A model generated the notes under the pieces. It was not told the origin of the DNA. It ran no database searches and saw only the letters and a program-made list of their open reading frames with translations. This document shows, one piece after another, positions 1 through 8,274 of a stretch of 26,602 nt of DNA. How positions within the stretch are numbered: position 1 is the first letter of the stretch; the number at the start of each line of letters is the position of its first letter. Made by a program: the position numbers and the translations under genes. Source of the DNA: a virus (Duplodnaviria > Caudoviricetes); the IMG/VR virus record IMGVR_UViG_3300021373_000811, positions 1-26,602 of that record. One strand, 5' to 3'.

Positions 1-160
1 CAGTGCCAAAGTTCCAGACCACATCTGGTTTGTGACGTTCGATAAGTTGTGCCGCAGTCATTGCAGCGTTAACCTTACCGACTCCAGTGAAGTGCACATT
101 CTGCCACGATGACATCTTAGGTGCTTCGATTTCAAGTGCGATAAAGATTAGACTACTCAT
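1..160 (-). CDS. mtnN: 5'-methylthioadenosine/S-adenosylhomocysteine nucleosidase-like protein (PNP/MTAN family), N-terminal part, runs off window
   Basis: Not in ORF track. Manual translation from ATG at 160: MSSLIFIALEIEAPKMSSWQNVHFTGVGKVNAAMTAAQLIERHKPDVVWNFGT, containing the GVGKVNAA and PDxVxNxGT motifs typical of MTA/SAH nucleosidases. Start overlaps the apt stop. Confidence 0.85.
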   Translation of the reverse strand, partial: MSSLIFIALEIEAPKMSSWQNVHFTGVGKVNAAMTAAQLIERHKPDVVWNFGT

Positions 161-680
161 CGTAGGTCACCACGGTATATGTTTTAATATGTTGACTGCG
201 AAGTTTCTCAGTGCCACCAAGGTGAGCAAGGTCAATCACGCACCCGTAAGATATTTTAGAAACATCGAAAGAGTGTAACAGTTCCGTGATGGCAAGTGCT
301 GTTCCGCCTGTCGCACTCACGTCATCAATGATGCATACCTGACTGTTCTTGTTCAGTGGTGCAGTCGTTTTGATTTCAAGTGTGCGTGGTGCATACTCGC
401 ACTTGTACTTTCGGGAACGTACTGGTGGTGGTAGACGACCTGGCTTACGAATTATGTGCAGGGGTATACCCAAGTACAATGCGACAGGCGCACCCCAAAG
501 AAACCCACGTGCATCCGGAGCGACAATATCCGTATAACCCTGACCTTCCATTTGGTTCACTAGGGTACGGACACTCTGTTGGAATGCCTGTGGGTTCTGT
601 AGGAGACTGGTCACATCTTGGAAGTTGATTCCTTCCTCAGGCCAGTCCGGTACAGATTGTATTACCTGTTTTAGATTCAT
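153..680 (-). CDS. apt: Adenine phosphoribosyltransferase
   Basis: 175 aa. PDWPEEGINFQDVT, DARGF, RKPGRLP and the PRPP-binding loop IIDDVSATGGT match APRT. Confidence 0.92.
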   Translation of the reverse strand: MNLKQVIQSVPDWPEEGINFQDVTSLLQNPQAFQQSVRTLVNQMEGQGYTDIVAPDARGFLWGAPVALYLGIPLHIIRKPGRLPPPVRSRKYKCEYAPRTLEIKTTAPLNKNSQVCIIDDVSATGGTALAITELLHSFDVSKISYGCVIDLAHLGGTEKLRSQHIKTYTVVTYDE

Positions 681-682
681 AA

Positions 683-823
683 CTACTCTTCGTCATATTT
701 GGATTCTGGAGTCGCGTCGGCCCCGCACATAGGACAGTGCGCCGGTGGTTCTTCACTATAAAGAACTTCAACGGATGTCTCTATATCACATATAGGGCAT
801 TCAATTTTATAGACAGTTTCCAT
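683..823 (-). CDS. Small zinc-ribbon/rubredoxin-like protein (46 aa)
   Basis: Not in ORF track. METVYKIECPICDIETSVEVLYSEEPPAHCPMCGADATPESKYDEE has two CxxC pairs. ATG overlaps the nrdB stop (TAATG) and the ORF fills the nrdB-apt gap. Confidence 0.8.
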   Translation of the reverse strand: METVYKIECPICDIETSVEVLYSEEPPAHCPMCGADATPESKYDEE

Positions 824-1797
824 TATGCTACCTCTAACTCTATTTCCTCCCAGCCGAAATCGTCACCTTCCATACCTACGACTGAGTATTCGGTCACACG
901 CTTCTCAAAGAAGTTATCATGTGACGCTCCGTTTAGGACCCAATCCAACCAAGGGAGTGGATTGTCCTTTTGATTGAACAATGGTTTCAGTCCAAGTTGA
1001 AGTAGGCGTCGGTCCGCAATGTGACGGATGTATGCACGTACTTCTTTCTTGGTGAGCCCCTGTACATCGTTTCCTCTAAATGCGAGGTCGATGAACTTGT
1101 CCTCTAAACTAACTGCGTTTTCCGCCATGTTATATATCTTTGACTTTAGCTCGTCATTTACCACACGAGGGTGTTCCTCGCAGAACGTGCGGAACAACTT
1201 TGCGTTACCCTGCACGTGGATGGTCTCATCACGGATGGACCATTCGACGATGGTTGCCATACCCTTCATTTTTCCGAATCGTTGGAAGTTCAGGAGCATG
1301 ACGAACGACGCGAATACCGACATACCTTCGTTGAACACTGACTGCGCAAGCGCGAGTGCAAGACCTGTATGAGAGGTGACATTTCCCTCTTTCATAAAAT
1401 CGATCTTGTCAGCCATCGCCTTGTAGTCAAGGAACTTGTGGAAGTCTTCGTCCGGTAGACCAAGTGTGTCGTTCAGTAAGGCATATGCACGTTGGTGCAC
1501 TGCCTCTCGTGCCGCAAATGATGACAACATGTTGCGGACTTCGTTATTTTTAAAACGTGGTATAAGTAGTTCGTGATAGTTCTCACCTACCTGCACGTCA
1601 GACTGAGTGAACAGACGCAGAACATGAGTGATAAACTCCTTCTCTGATTCTGTCAACTTAGTTTTCCAATCTTGCACGTCTTCGGATAACTCCGCTTCAT
1701 CTTCAATCCAGTGAATCTCTTCGTGTTTCTTCGCAAGGTCCACTGCCCATGGATAAAGAAAAGGTTTGTATGTTTTTGAAAAGTTAAGTAATGACAT
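823..1797 (-). CDS. nrdB: Class Ia ribonucleotide reductase beta subunit
   Basis: Di-iron ligands and radical Tyr visible: FTQSDV, REAVHQRAY, FNEGM, RDETIH; C-terminal NFFEKRVTEY. Confidence 0.96.
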   Translation of the reverse strand: MSLLNFSKTYKPFLYPWAVDLAKKHEEIHWIEDEAELSEDVQDWKTKLTESEKEFITHVLRLFTQSDVQVGENYHELLIPRFKNNEVRNMLSSFAAREAVHQRAYALLNDTLGLPDEDFHKFLDYKAMADKIDFMKEGNVTSHTGLALALAQSVFNEGMSVFASFVMLLNFQRFGKMKGMATIVEWSIRDETIHVQGNAKLFRTFCEEHPRVVNDELKSKIYNMAENAVSLEDKFIDLAFRGNDVQGLTKKEVRAYIRHIADRRLLQLGLKPLFNQKDNPLPWLDWVLNGASHDNFFEKRVTEYSVVGMEGDDFGWEEIELEVA

Positions 1798-1800
1798 TCA

Positions 1801-2595
1801 TTATCCTATTATTGGGTTTAGGTAGGGAGCGAGCGTCTGTGCGATGAGTTTATTCCCCGCAATGTTTGGATGACCGCACCCTGCCATGTATTGTCTATCG
1901 TATTTTCTTAATTTGTGGGTTTTAAGATATAGTGTCGGTGCGAGTTTCGCATCGTCCATCAACCAATGACCCAAGATAATGTCAAATAACGTATTGTAGG
2001 AGCTACCACTTTCAATCCAGTTAGGATCCCCAGATGGTCCTTGCATTTTCCATGTTTTACTCCCTAATCTCACATCTTCAACACGACCATCATCATACAT
2101 CTTTGGAACCCATATGTCAAGGGTATCACAAAAATTTTGATGGTCGAAACTGTTAATCATTCTGTAAGGTATGTCTAATTCCTGACATAACTGTTTCAAA
2201 CCAAGGTAACACATTTCTGTAGTTATGCGTAGTGTAGCTTCGTCTGGGTCTTTGACTTGAGGCCAACGAGACCACACAATACCGTTTAATGCGTGATGCA
2301 CATCTGCATCTTTGACATTTGGATTTCGTGCGGTCTCTCTCAACCAGTCAGAGAAACATATTAAGAACGCATAATCTTTTAGTTCGTCTTTCGGCGTTCT
2401 ACGAATGAAAGACACAACGTCGTTTGCAATCGCTAGGTTAGAGTGACCATGATGTCCTAAATTGATAACTTCTGTGCCCAGTTCATCAGCGAGATAATAT
2501 GGGAAATTGAAATTTACAATTCTGGGATTCGGGTCTGCCCGATACCCCTGAACATAACTGTCACCGAATACGACTAACCTTCGCAAGCTCGACAT
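1801..2595 (-). CDS. SGNH/GDSL-like hydrolase
   Basis: Block I VVFGDSY, block II VINLGHHGHSN, block V-like GHPNIAGNKLIA (canonical Asp of DxxH absent). Start overlaps the nrdA end by 22 nt. Confidence 0.7.
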   Translation of the reverse strand: MSSLRRLVVFGDSYVQGYRADPNPRIVNFNFPYYLADELGTEVINLGHHGHSNLAIANDVVSFIRRTPKDELKDYAFLICFSDWLRETARNPNVKDADVHHALNGIVWSRWPQVKDPDEATLRITTEMCYLGLKQLCQELDIPYRMINSFDHQNFCDTLDIWVPKMYDDGRVEDVRLGSKTWKMQGPSGDPNWIESGSSYNTLFDIILGHWLMDDAKLAPTLYLKTHKLRKYDRQYMAGCGHPNIAGNKLIAQTLAPYLNPIIG

Positions 2596-4562
2596 TCTTC
2601 ACCGCCTGGATTAGTATATACCTCATCTGTTAGATAAGACATTAGGTCATCATATCCACCGATGTAACGACCCTCAAGATATATCTGTGGTACAGTAGTA
2701 ACCTTGCGTCCCGTAACTTCGGCTGCGGTTTTTTTAATCTCATCGAGATCAACATAATCAAACGGTATACCACGAAGAGATAACTCTTCGGTTGCCATCT
2801 TGCAGTATGGACAGTCTGGTTTACCGTAGAGGATGGTTCTGTTATCATCTTCGAGTGCCACGCGCTCAACTTTCTCGCTGACGTTCTCTGCACGGTTCTT
2901 CGCCTCTGTGCGTAGATAATACAGACCTTTCAACCCTTCCTTCCACGCCTTGAAGTGTACTTTGTTAACGTACCTCTTCGAGGCACCAGATGGGAAGAAT
3001 AGGTTGACTGACTGACCTTGACAGATGTATTTTTGACGGTCAGCCGCGTGTTGGACAACCCAAGTCTGGTCTAACTCTTGGGCGGTCTTGAATACTGCCT
3101 TCTCACCTTCGTTGAGGAATGGAAGGTGTTGCACCGAACCTTTTGCTGTGATGATTGATGTCCACGTAGAATCGTTGTCTTCTTTCTTACTCTTCAACAA
3201 TTGTTCTAGGTACCTGTTCTTCACTAGGAACGAGCCCGCACGTGTTCGGTGCGTGTATGCATTCGCCTTCATTGGTTCTATCGAAGGTGACGTGGAGAGG
3301 ATAACACCACTCGATGCGTTTGGTGCAATGGCGAGTAGGTGTGAGTTACGTTTACCTGACCCTTCTCCGTCGAGATACTCTCCGCGTTCTCTAGCGAGTT
3401 GTTCTGTCTCTGCGCGGGCGTGACGATTGATGTGGGAAAAGACCACGTTGTTGATCTCTCGCGCCTTGTCTGATTCCCAAGCGACAGAGTGTTTTTGCAG
3501 GAGTGAATGGAAACCCATCGCTCCAAGTCCAATACTTCTTTCTCTTTCTGCCGAATAACGGGCGCGGGAAATACTATCGGGCGCATTGTCAATGAAGTAT
3601 TGGAGAACGTTGTCCAACATACGAACAAGATCACGGACAATGTTAGTTTCTTTCCATTCATCATAATATTCAAGGTTCAGTGAAGACAAGCAACACACCG
3701 CAGTCCTTTCTGCGGAAGTAGGTAGGTGGATTTCGTTACATAGATTCGACCCGTGAATGCGCAGACCCTTTTCCTTGAGGGACATTGGTAGTGCACGGTT
3801 CGCAGTGTCAATGAAGTTCAAGTATGGTTCACCTGTGCGGAAACGTACCTCAAGGATGCGTTCCCACAGCTTACGTGCATTGACAGACTCTTTGACAGAC
3901 CCGTCTTTAGGGTCTCGTAAGTCAAACGTCGTGTTGTTCAGGACCGCGGCCATGAACTCATCGGTAATGTTGATTGCGTTGTGTATGTTTAGTGCCTTAC
4001 GTTGCACGTCACCTGTAGGGATACGGATGTTTAGGAACTCAATAATGTCTGGGTGTGACACGTCCAGATACGCGGCGTATGACCCTTTGCGCGTTTTCCC
4101 TTGTCGATATGCAATCATGTCTGCATCGACCGTGTGCAGAAAAGGAATCGGGCCTGGTGCGATGTCTGAGACGGTACGCACATCACGCCAGTGACCACCG
4201 ACACCACCACCCATGACAGACAACCAACGCAACTCGCTGGAGTGTTCAATCAGTCCTTCAAGGGTATCTGGTACGTAAGTTAGGAAACATGAGATAGGGA
4301 GACCGCGAGTCTTCGTACCTTCCTTGGGTGCGTTCGACAATACAGGTGATGCAAACATGAACCATTTCTTACTTACATATTCGTATAGGCGATTTGCGAG
4401 TAACGGGTCTATCTCACCTTTGTAGGAAGCCCACGCCTCTGCCGCTCGTGCATATGCCTCTTGCGGAGAGGTTTCACCGTCAATAAAATAAAAATCCTTT
4501 AACATACCGACGGCGTAGTCGGTTAACAGACCATCACGGTCTGGTACAGTAGTCACACTCAT
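2574..4562 (-). CDS. nrdA: Class Ia ribonucleotide reductase alpha subunit, no ATP cone, with a glutaredoxin domain before the C-terminal CxxC tail
   Basis: PISCFL, SNLCNEI, VCCLSS, APNASS, GLYYLR, then LYGKPDCPYC...TVPQIYLEGRYIGGYDDL (glutaredoxin), then EECRACEG. Confidence 0.96.
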   Translation of the reverse strand: MSVTTVPDRDGLLTDYAVGMLKDFYFIDGETSPQEAYARAAEAWASYKGEIDPLLANRLYEYVSKKWFMFASPVLSNAPKEGTKTRGLPISCFLTYVPDTLEGLIEHSSELRWLSVMGGGVGGHWRDVRTVSDIAPGPIPFLHTVDADMIAYRQGKTRKGSYAAYLDVSHPDIIEFLNIRIPTGDVQRKALNIHNAINITDEFMAAVLNNTTFDLRDPKDGSVKESVNARKLWERILEVRFRTGEPYLNFIDTANRALPMSLKEKGLRIHGSNLCNEIHLPTSAERTAVCCLSSLNLEYYDEWKETNIVRDLVRMLDNVLQYFIDNAPDSISRARYSAERERSIGLGAMGFHSLLQKHSVAWESDKAREINNVVFSHINRHARAETEQLARERGEYLDGEGSGKRNSHLLAIAPNASSGVILSTSPSIEPMKANAYTHRTRAGSFLVKNRYLEQLLKSKKEDNDSTWTSIITAKGSVQHLPFLNEGEKAVFKTAQELDQTWVVQHAADRQKYICQGQSVNLFFPSGASKRYVNKVHFKAWKEGLKGLYYLRTEAKNRAENVSEKVERVALEDDNRTILYGKPDCPYCKMATEELSLRGIPFDYVDLDEIKKTAAEVTGRKVTTVPQIYLEGRYIGGYDDLMSYLTDEVYTNPGGEECRACEG

Positions 4563-4573
4563 GGTTTACCTAG

Positions 4574-4912
4574 TTATTTCGAATAGTCATAGAAAGGTTC
4601 GTCTGATTGAAATTCATAGTCCTCAATGAGCATCTGTTCACCAGTCTCATGGAACCTACGTGCACAACGGAAAATGTAATCCGTTTGTTCTGAATCGTCC
4701 AACAGGCCTTCCCACATCATATGATTCTTAAATGAACTCTCCGGATTCTTCACTAAGAATCGAGACGCATCAAGAGCATTACTCTGCACCCCAACAAGCG
4801 GGACATAGATGAGTTCTTCTTCGTTGTATTGTTCTGGGACCTCGAATAGGTCGGGTGTATCGCCCTTCTCGATAAGGACGACTTTATATGATTCACAGTC
4901 TAAAATCTTCAT
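4574..4912 (-). CDS. Hypothetical acidic protein
   Basis: 112 aa ORF, first gene after a sigma70-type promoter, GAGAG RBS-like sequence upstream. No motif recognised. Confidence 0.7.
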   Translation of the reverse strand: MKILDCESYKVVLIEKGDTPDLFEVPEQYNEEELIYVPLVGVQSNALDASRFLVKNPESSFKNHMMWEGLLDDSEQTDYIFRCARRFHETGEQMLIEDYEFQSDEPFYDYSK

Positions 4913-4939
4913 CTTGTACTTCTCTCAGTTATGAGCAGC

Positions 4940-4969
4940 ATTATATAGTAGTATGGCCGGGGCAGTCAA
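4940..4969 (-). promoter_or_regulatory. Sigma70-type promoter for the nucleotide-metabolism operon
   Basis: TTGACT (4969-4964), 18-nt spacer, TATAAT (4945-4940), in the intergenic gap upstream of the operon. Confidence 0.7.
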
Positions 4970-4975
4970 CTACTA

Positions 4976-5158
4976 TTAAATATTTTTGTTAGGTAGTAAC
5001 CTACGCAAAACTTCGACGTTGTCCTTACGTTTGTTTTTGCGGTCACCTTTCTTTCTAACCACGACGGTGTCTTTGTCGCTACCTGCTCCTGCAACTGAGG
5101 CTGTAGATACGGATAACTCTTCTTCAAACTGCTTCTTAAACTCTTCGTAAGTTTTCAT
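4976..5158 (-). CDS. Small putative internal head protein
   Basis: 60 aa. N-terminus MKTYEEFKKQFEEE resembles the T4 capsid-targeting sequence MKTYQEFIAE; basic C-terminal half. Confidence 0.65.
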   Translation of the reverse strand: MKTYEEFKKQFEEELSVSTASVAGAGSDKDTVVVRKKGDRKNKRKDNVEVLRRLLPNKNI

Positions 5159-5733
5159 AAATCTCTTCCAAGTAGTACCATCTTTCCGGTATTGCGGTCG
5201 GCATTGTCGTATCGATATATGCCAGACAAATGATAGGGAAACGCGTCCTTGTCAATGTAGTGATTAATTAGGTCAGTTAGTTCACGGCACCAAAAATTCT
5301 GATAGTCATCTATCAACAACCATCGGCATCCTGCACGTCGGACATTTTGTATATCTATAGACGCGCCTGCAACGGTGTGGTCACCATCAACGAAAACCAT
5401 ATCATACCCTATTATGTCACGGAAGTCAAGGTCTTTCGAATCCATTTTCGTAAAAGTAAAACGTTCTGGAAACATGTTCTCAATGCGTTGCGCGTTGAGT
5501 TCAGTGTGTTCATACTGACAAATGTCGATTGAGTGGTAGCGTTCCACATCCGTAGAGGCTAACCAACCCATCGCACTGTGACCGGCGTTAAACCCAATCT
5601 CCAGTACACTTTTTACTTCGGTATGTTTATATATTCTTTTGAGGGTCTCTACGGTGCGTTCCGTAAGAACTAAATGTCCTTCATCCTCAACCATTGACTG
5701 GTCAAGAAGTCTGGACTCCTCTTGAAGGTTCAT
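5155..5733 (-). CDS. Class I SAM-dependent methyltransferase
   Basis: Motif I VLEIGFNAGHSA, SIDI, FVDGDH, LIDDY. Confidence 0.85.
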   Translation of the reverse strand: MNLQEESRLLDQSMVEDEGHLVLTERTVETLKRIYKHTEVKSVLEIGFNAGHSAMGWLASTDVERYHSIDICQYEHTELNAQRIENMFPERFTFTKMDSKDLDFRDIIGYDMVFVDGDHTVAGASIDIQNVRRAGCRWLLIDDYQNFWCRELTDLINHYIDKDAFPYHLSGIYRYDNADRNTGKMVLLGRDL

Positions 5734-6320
5734 CTCGTGATTTCGTTAGAACCGAACAGAACACGATGTCCTGTTCTAATGTGAGTACCCTCGTAGATGG
5801 CCAGACCCATAGTTCGATGTGTTGGGTCACCCTTTGTCACTCGAACTTGGTCACCCTTACGTACCTCAACACAACCTAGAGTCAATGACTCGTTACGCAT
5901 ACGGTACATGCCTGGGCCTAGAGAACCATCACTCAGTAGATACCAGTGGGTGTTTTCTGCGAGTACGTCAAGAACATCTATTCCGGTTTCTGTATGAATT
6001 CTTTCGACCTGTTTGTCGCTGAGATTACCGTGTTCTTTGATAAGGGCGAGTGCTGCACCATAACGTGCGACCACAGAAGAACCGCCTGGAGCCTTTGCCA
6101 TGATTTTCTTCAGGTTGAATACTAGACGGTGAAATGAAGTGTAGTGGTCACGATAGGCATCACGATTTTCCATTCTGCCTAAATCAAAATCCTTATTCTT
6201 ATTACCGTCCTTGTCGATGATACCCGCCTTGAACGCGCCAGTATCCTCGAACTTAGTTACGAGTAACTTTAGAAAACGTATCGTGTATACTACGTCTGCG
6301 GCTTGTTTTAGGATTCCCAC
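5730..6320 (-). CDS. Hypothetical protein (resembles conserved proteins of T4-like marine phages)
   Basis: 196 aa ORF overlapping both neighbours in an operon. Family resemblance is from memory, function unknown. Confidence 0.75.
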   Translation of the reverse strand: MGILKQAADVVYTIRFLKLLVTKFEDTGAFKAGIIDKDGNKNKDFDLGRMENRDAYRDHYTSFHRLVFNLKKIMAKAPGGSSVVARYGAALALIKEHGNLSDKQVERIHTETGIDVLDVLAENTHWYLLSDGSLGPGMYRMRNESLTLGCVEVRKGDQVRVTKGDPTHRTMGLAIYEGTHIRTGHRVLFGSNEITR

Positions 6321-6676
6321 TGCAGTGCCCTCAAATAATCTATTACATATTTATCCATTTCGATTCCCGTAATCTCTTCATTCTTGATTGCACGGAGATA
6401 AATTAGGAATGGTTTTAGTGCACCCCATTGCTCCAACGGAATTTTGAGTGCAAGTATCTCAACCCCAGCCTCATGTCCAAATACGTTGAAAATTACAATG
6501 AGGTGATTAAGTATGAGTCTATGAGATAACTCTCCTGTGGTATAGTACCTATTGATTAATCTCTTTACGTATTTAAAACGTTTTAGGTCATCAAAGAACT
6601 CATCCCCGTCGATGTGTTTGGGACTATAGTAATGTTTCGCTGCGTAGACAACAAGGTTATTTCGATTTAACTTCAT
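6308..6676 (-). CDS. Conserved hypothetical T4-like phage protein
   Basis: ORF track gives 6712. The ATG at 6676 (MKLNRNNLVVYAAKHY...EFFDDLKRFKYVKRL...RLILNHLIVIFNVFG) reduces the overlap with the upstream gene and is preferred. Confidence 0.75.
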   Translation of the reverse strand: MKLNRNNLVVYAAKHYYSPKHIDGDEFFDDLKRFKYVKRLINRYYTTGELSHRLILNHLIVIFNVFGHEAGVEILALKIPLEQWGALKPFLIYLRAIKNEEITGIEMDKYVIDYLRALQWES

Positions 6677-7625
6677 AGTATGGGTCAATAAACTCTGGTA
6701 ATGAATAGTCAACGGGTAGTTCAGGTTCGAGTTTATTTAGTGCATCTGTAAGAGGACGCATCCAATCGTAGTTTACGATAACTCCACCACCATGAGTTGA
6801 TATAGTACGAGTAACTGAGGTGCGGTCCGCAATCTGCACATAACTGAATGCCCATCGTTCTTTCCTCATACGCATATCTATGACTCCATCATGTGCGAGT
6901 TTGCGGAGTTGGTGGTACTGGTATGCGTCTTCACCTACAATTAGATTGTTGTCGTAGTGCATGAGTTCTGCAGCTTTACGTGATAAAAATGTCATACGAC
7001 TAAAACATTCGCTGCGTGTCGCGAACTTCTTGTAAAAACGATTTAGGTCTACGCGGTCTTTACCCCACCGGAGTGCAGTGTTTTGGCTCACTTTAAATGA
7101 AGTCATGTATCCTGCAGCGATAGTCTCTGCGGGTAAGTCTTCGTACGCGGCGTCAAAGTTATAGTCCCACGGATAACGCGGACCAAGCTGTTGAGGAATG
7201 TACCACCCATCTTTTTTTACTGTAAGTGAATCGTATTGGTCGTCCCACAGACCCTTACGCCAACTACTGAATTGCAGTTGATTATAGAGTGCGATTACGT
7301 CGGGTGCGTTTGGTTGCATAGCAACCGTTCGATACAGATTCCTACCATACTTGGTGATTATGTCATCACCATCGACGTGAACCATGTATTCGTTATCACT
7401 CTCTAAGAATAGTCTTAGAACAGAGTTTTTTCCGGTTGCAGCCGTACCATCTGATTCTGTTACATGATGTTCTATATTATGTCGTGTACAGAAGTCCGCC
7501 GCCTCATCTCTATACTCATCATTGAGCGTATTGATTACGACGACGACATCATTGAACTTTAACGTGTCAAAATGACGTGCAAGAGTCGCGAGACTTGCAC
7601 TCGTTAAAATATAATACTTGAACAT
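6657..7625 (-). CDS. GT-A fold (family 2-like) glycosyltransferase-like protein
   Basis: VVVVIN strand, GTAATGKNSVL helix, YMVHVDGDD DxD motif, later VGEDA motif. Confidence 0.6.
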   Translation of the reverse strand: MFKYYILTSASLATLARHFDTLKFNDVVVVINTLNDEYRDEAADFCTRHNIEHHVTESDGTAATGKNSVLRLFLESDNEYMVHVDGDDIITKYGRNLYRTVAMQPNAPDVIALYNQLQFSSWRKGLWDDQYDSLTVKKDGWYIPQQLGPRYPWDYNFDAAYEDLPAETIAAGYMTSFKVSQNTALRWGKDRVDLNRFYKKFATRSECFSRMTFLSRKAAELMHYDNNLIVGEDAYQYHQLRKLAHDGVIDMRMRKERWAFSYVQIADRTSVTRTISTHGGGVIVNYDWMRPLTDALNKLEPELPVDYSLPEFIDPYYEVKSK

Positions 7626-7635
7626 CTAGGAGAGT

Positions 7636-7827
7636 TTACGCAGACTCAATCGTTGCGATTATATCTGCCTTTCGCTTGCGCATATCGACTTTGATACCAC
7701 GTGACGCTGCGATATCTTTTAGTTCCGCCTTGGTAAAAGAATCCAAGGATACTTCGATAATATGTTCTTCCGGAGCCGGGTGAGTTTCCTCACCCTTACC
7801 GAAAAGTTTCTTCAAAAAACTAATCAC
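7636..7827 (-). CDS. Small protein with Rho-N/HeH-like helical domain
   Basis: LDSFTKAELKDIAASRGIKVDMRKRKADIIATI matches the helix-extension-helix pattern. Confidence 0.7.
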   Translation of the reverse strand: MISFLKKLFGKGEETHPAPEEHIIEVSLDSFTKAELKDIAASRGIKVDMRKRKADIIATIESA

Positions 7828-8028
7828 TTATTCATCATCCCATTCAGGTTCATCATCAGCAGGAGCGTCTTCGACAACTTCTACAGGTTTTGGTGCACGT
7901 GCGGCACACCACTCGGAGATTTGTGCGTCAGTTAGACCCACCGCCTTCAAGACTTCTCCAGTTTTTGGATTGACCCATCCTTTTTGAGATGGGACCGCGT
8001 CTTTGCACCAGCTTGGAGCTTTAATCAT
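7828..8028 (-). CDS. Hypothetical protein
   Basis: 66 aa ORF tightly packed between neighbours; acidic tail. Confidence 0.7.
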   Translation of the reverse strand: MIKAPSWCKDAVPSQKGWVNPKTGEVLKAVGLTDAQISEWCAARAPKPVEVVEDAPADDEPEWDDE

Positions 8029-8029
8029 T

Positions 8030-8272
8030 TTAGTATCCTCGTTTTTGTCGAATTTGTAGAATAATCAACTCTTTGGTCAGAGTATCCATTCCACGCACTT
8101 CCAAACCCATGGCACTTGCCAAATCTAATAGTTCTGGCTTGGTCATGGAGTATAGGTTCTTGCGATCATAGTTAGGTATGATGTTCGTATCTTTTGGTTT
8201 TGCACGATTACGAAGCCACACACCTATAACCGCGGCTACCGCTACAACAACTACAATGATCTCAATCGTCAT
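8030..8272 (-). CDS. Membrane-anchored protein with Rho-N/HeH-like domain
   Basis: N-terminal hydrophobic helix IIVVVVAVAAVIGVW, then LYSMTKPELLDLASAMGLEVRGMDTLTKELIILQI. Confidence 0.7.
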   Translation of the reverse strand: MTIEIIVVVVAVAAVIGVWLRNRAKPKDTNIIPNYDRKNLYSMTKPELLDLASAMGLEVRGMDTLTKELIILQIRQKRGY

Positions 8273-8274
8273 GA

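Noticed and set aside
823-4562. Intron or intein in nrdA/nrdB
   Set aside because: Both frames are continuous with motifs at normal spacing. The only extra segment is a glutaredoxin with no intein splice residues.
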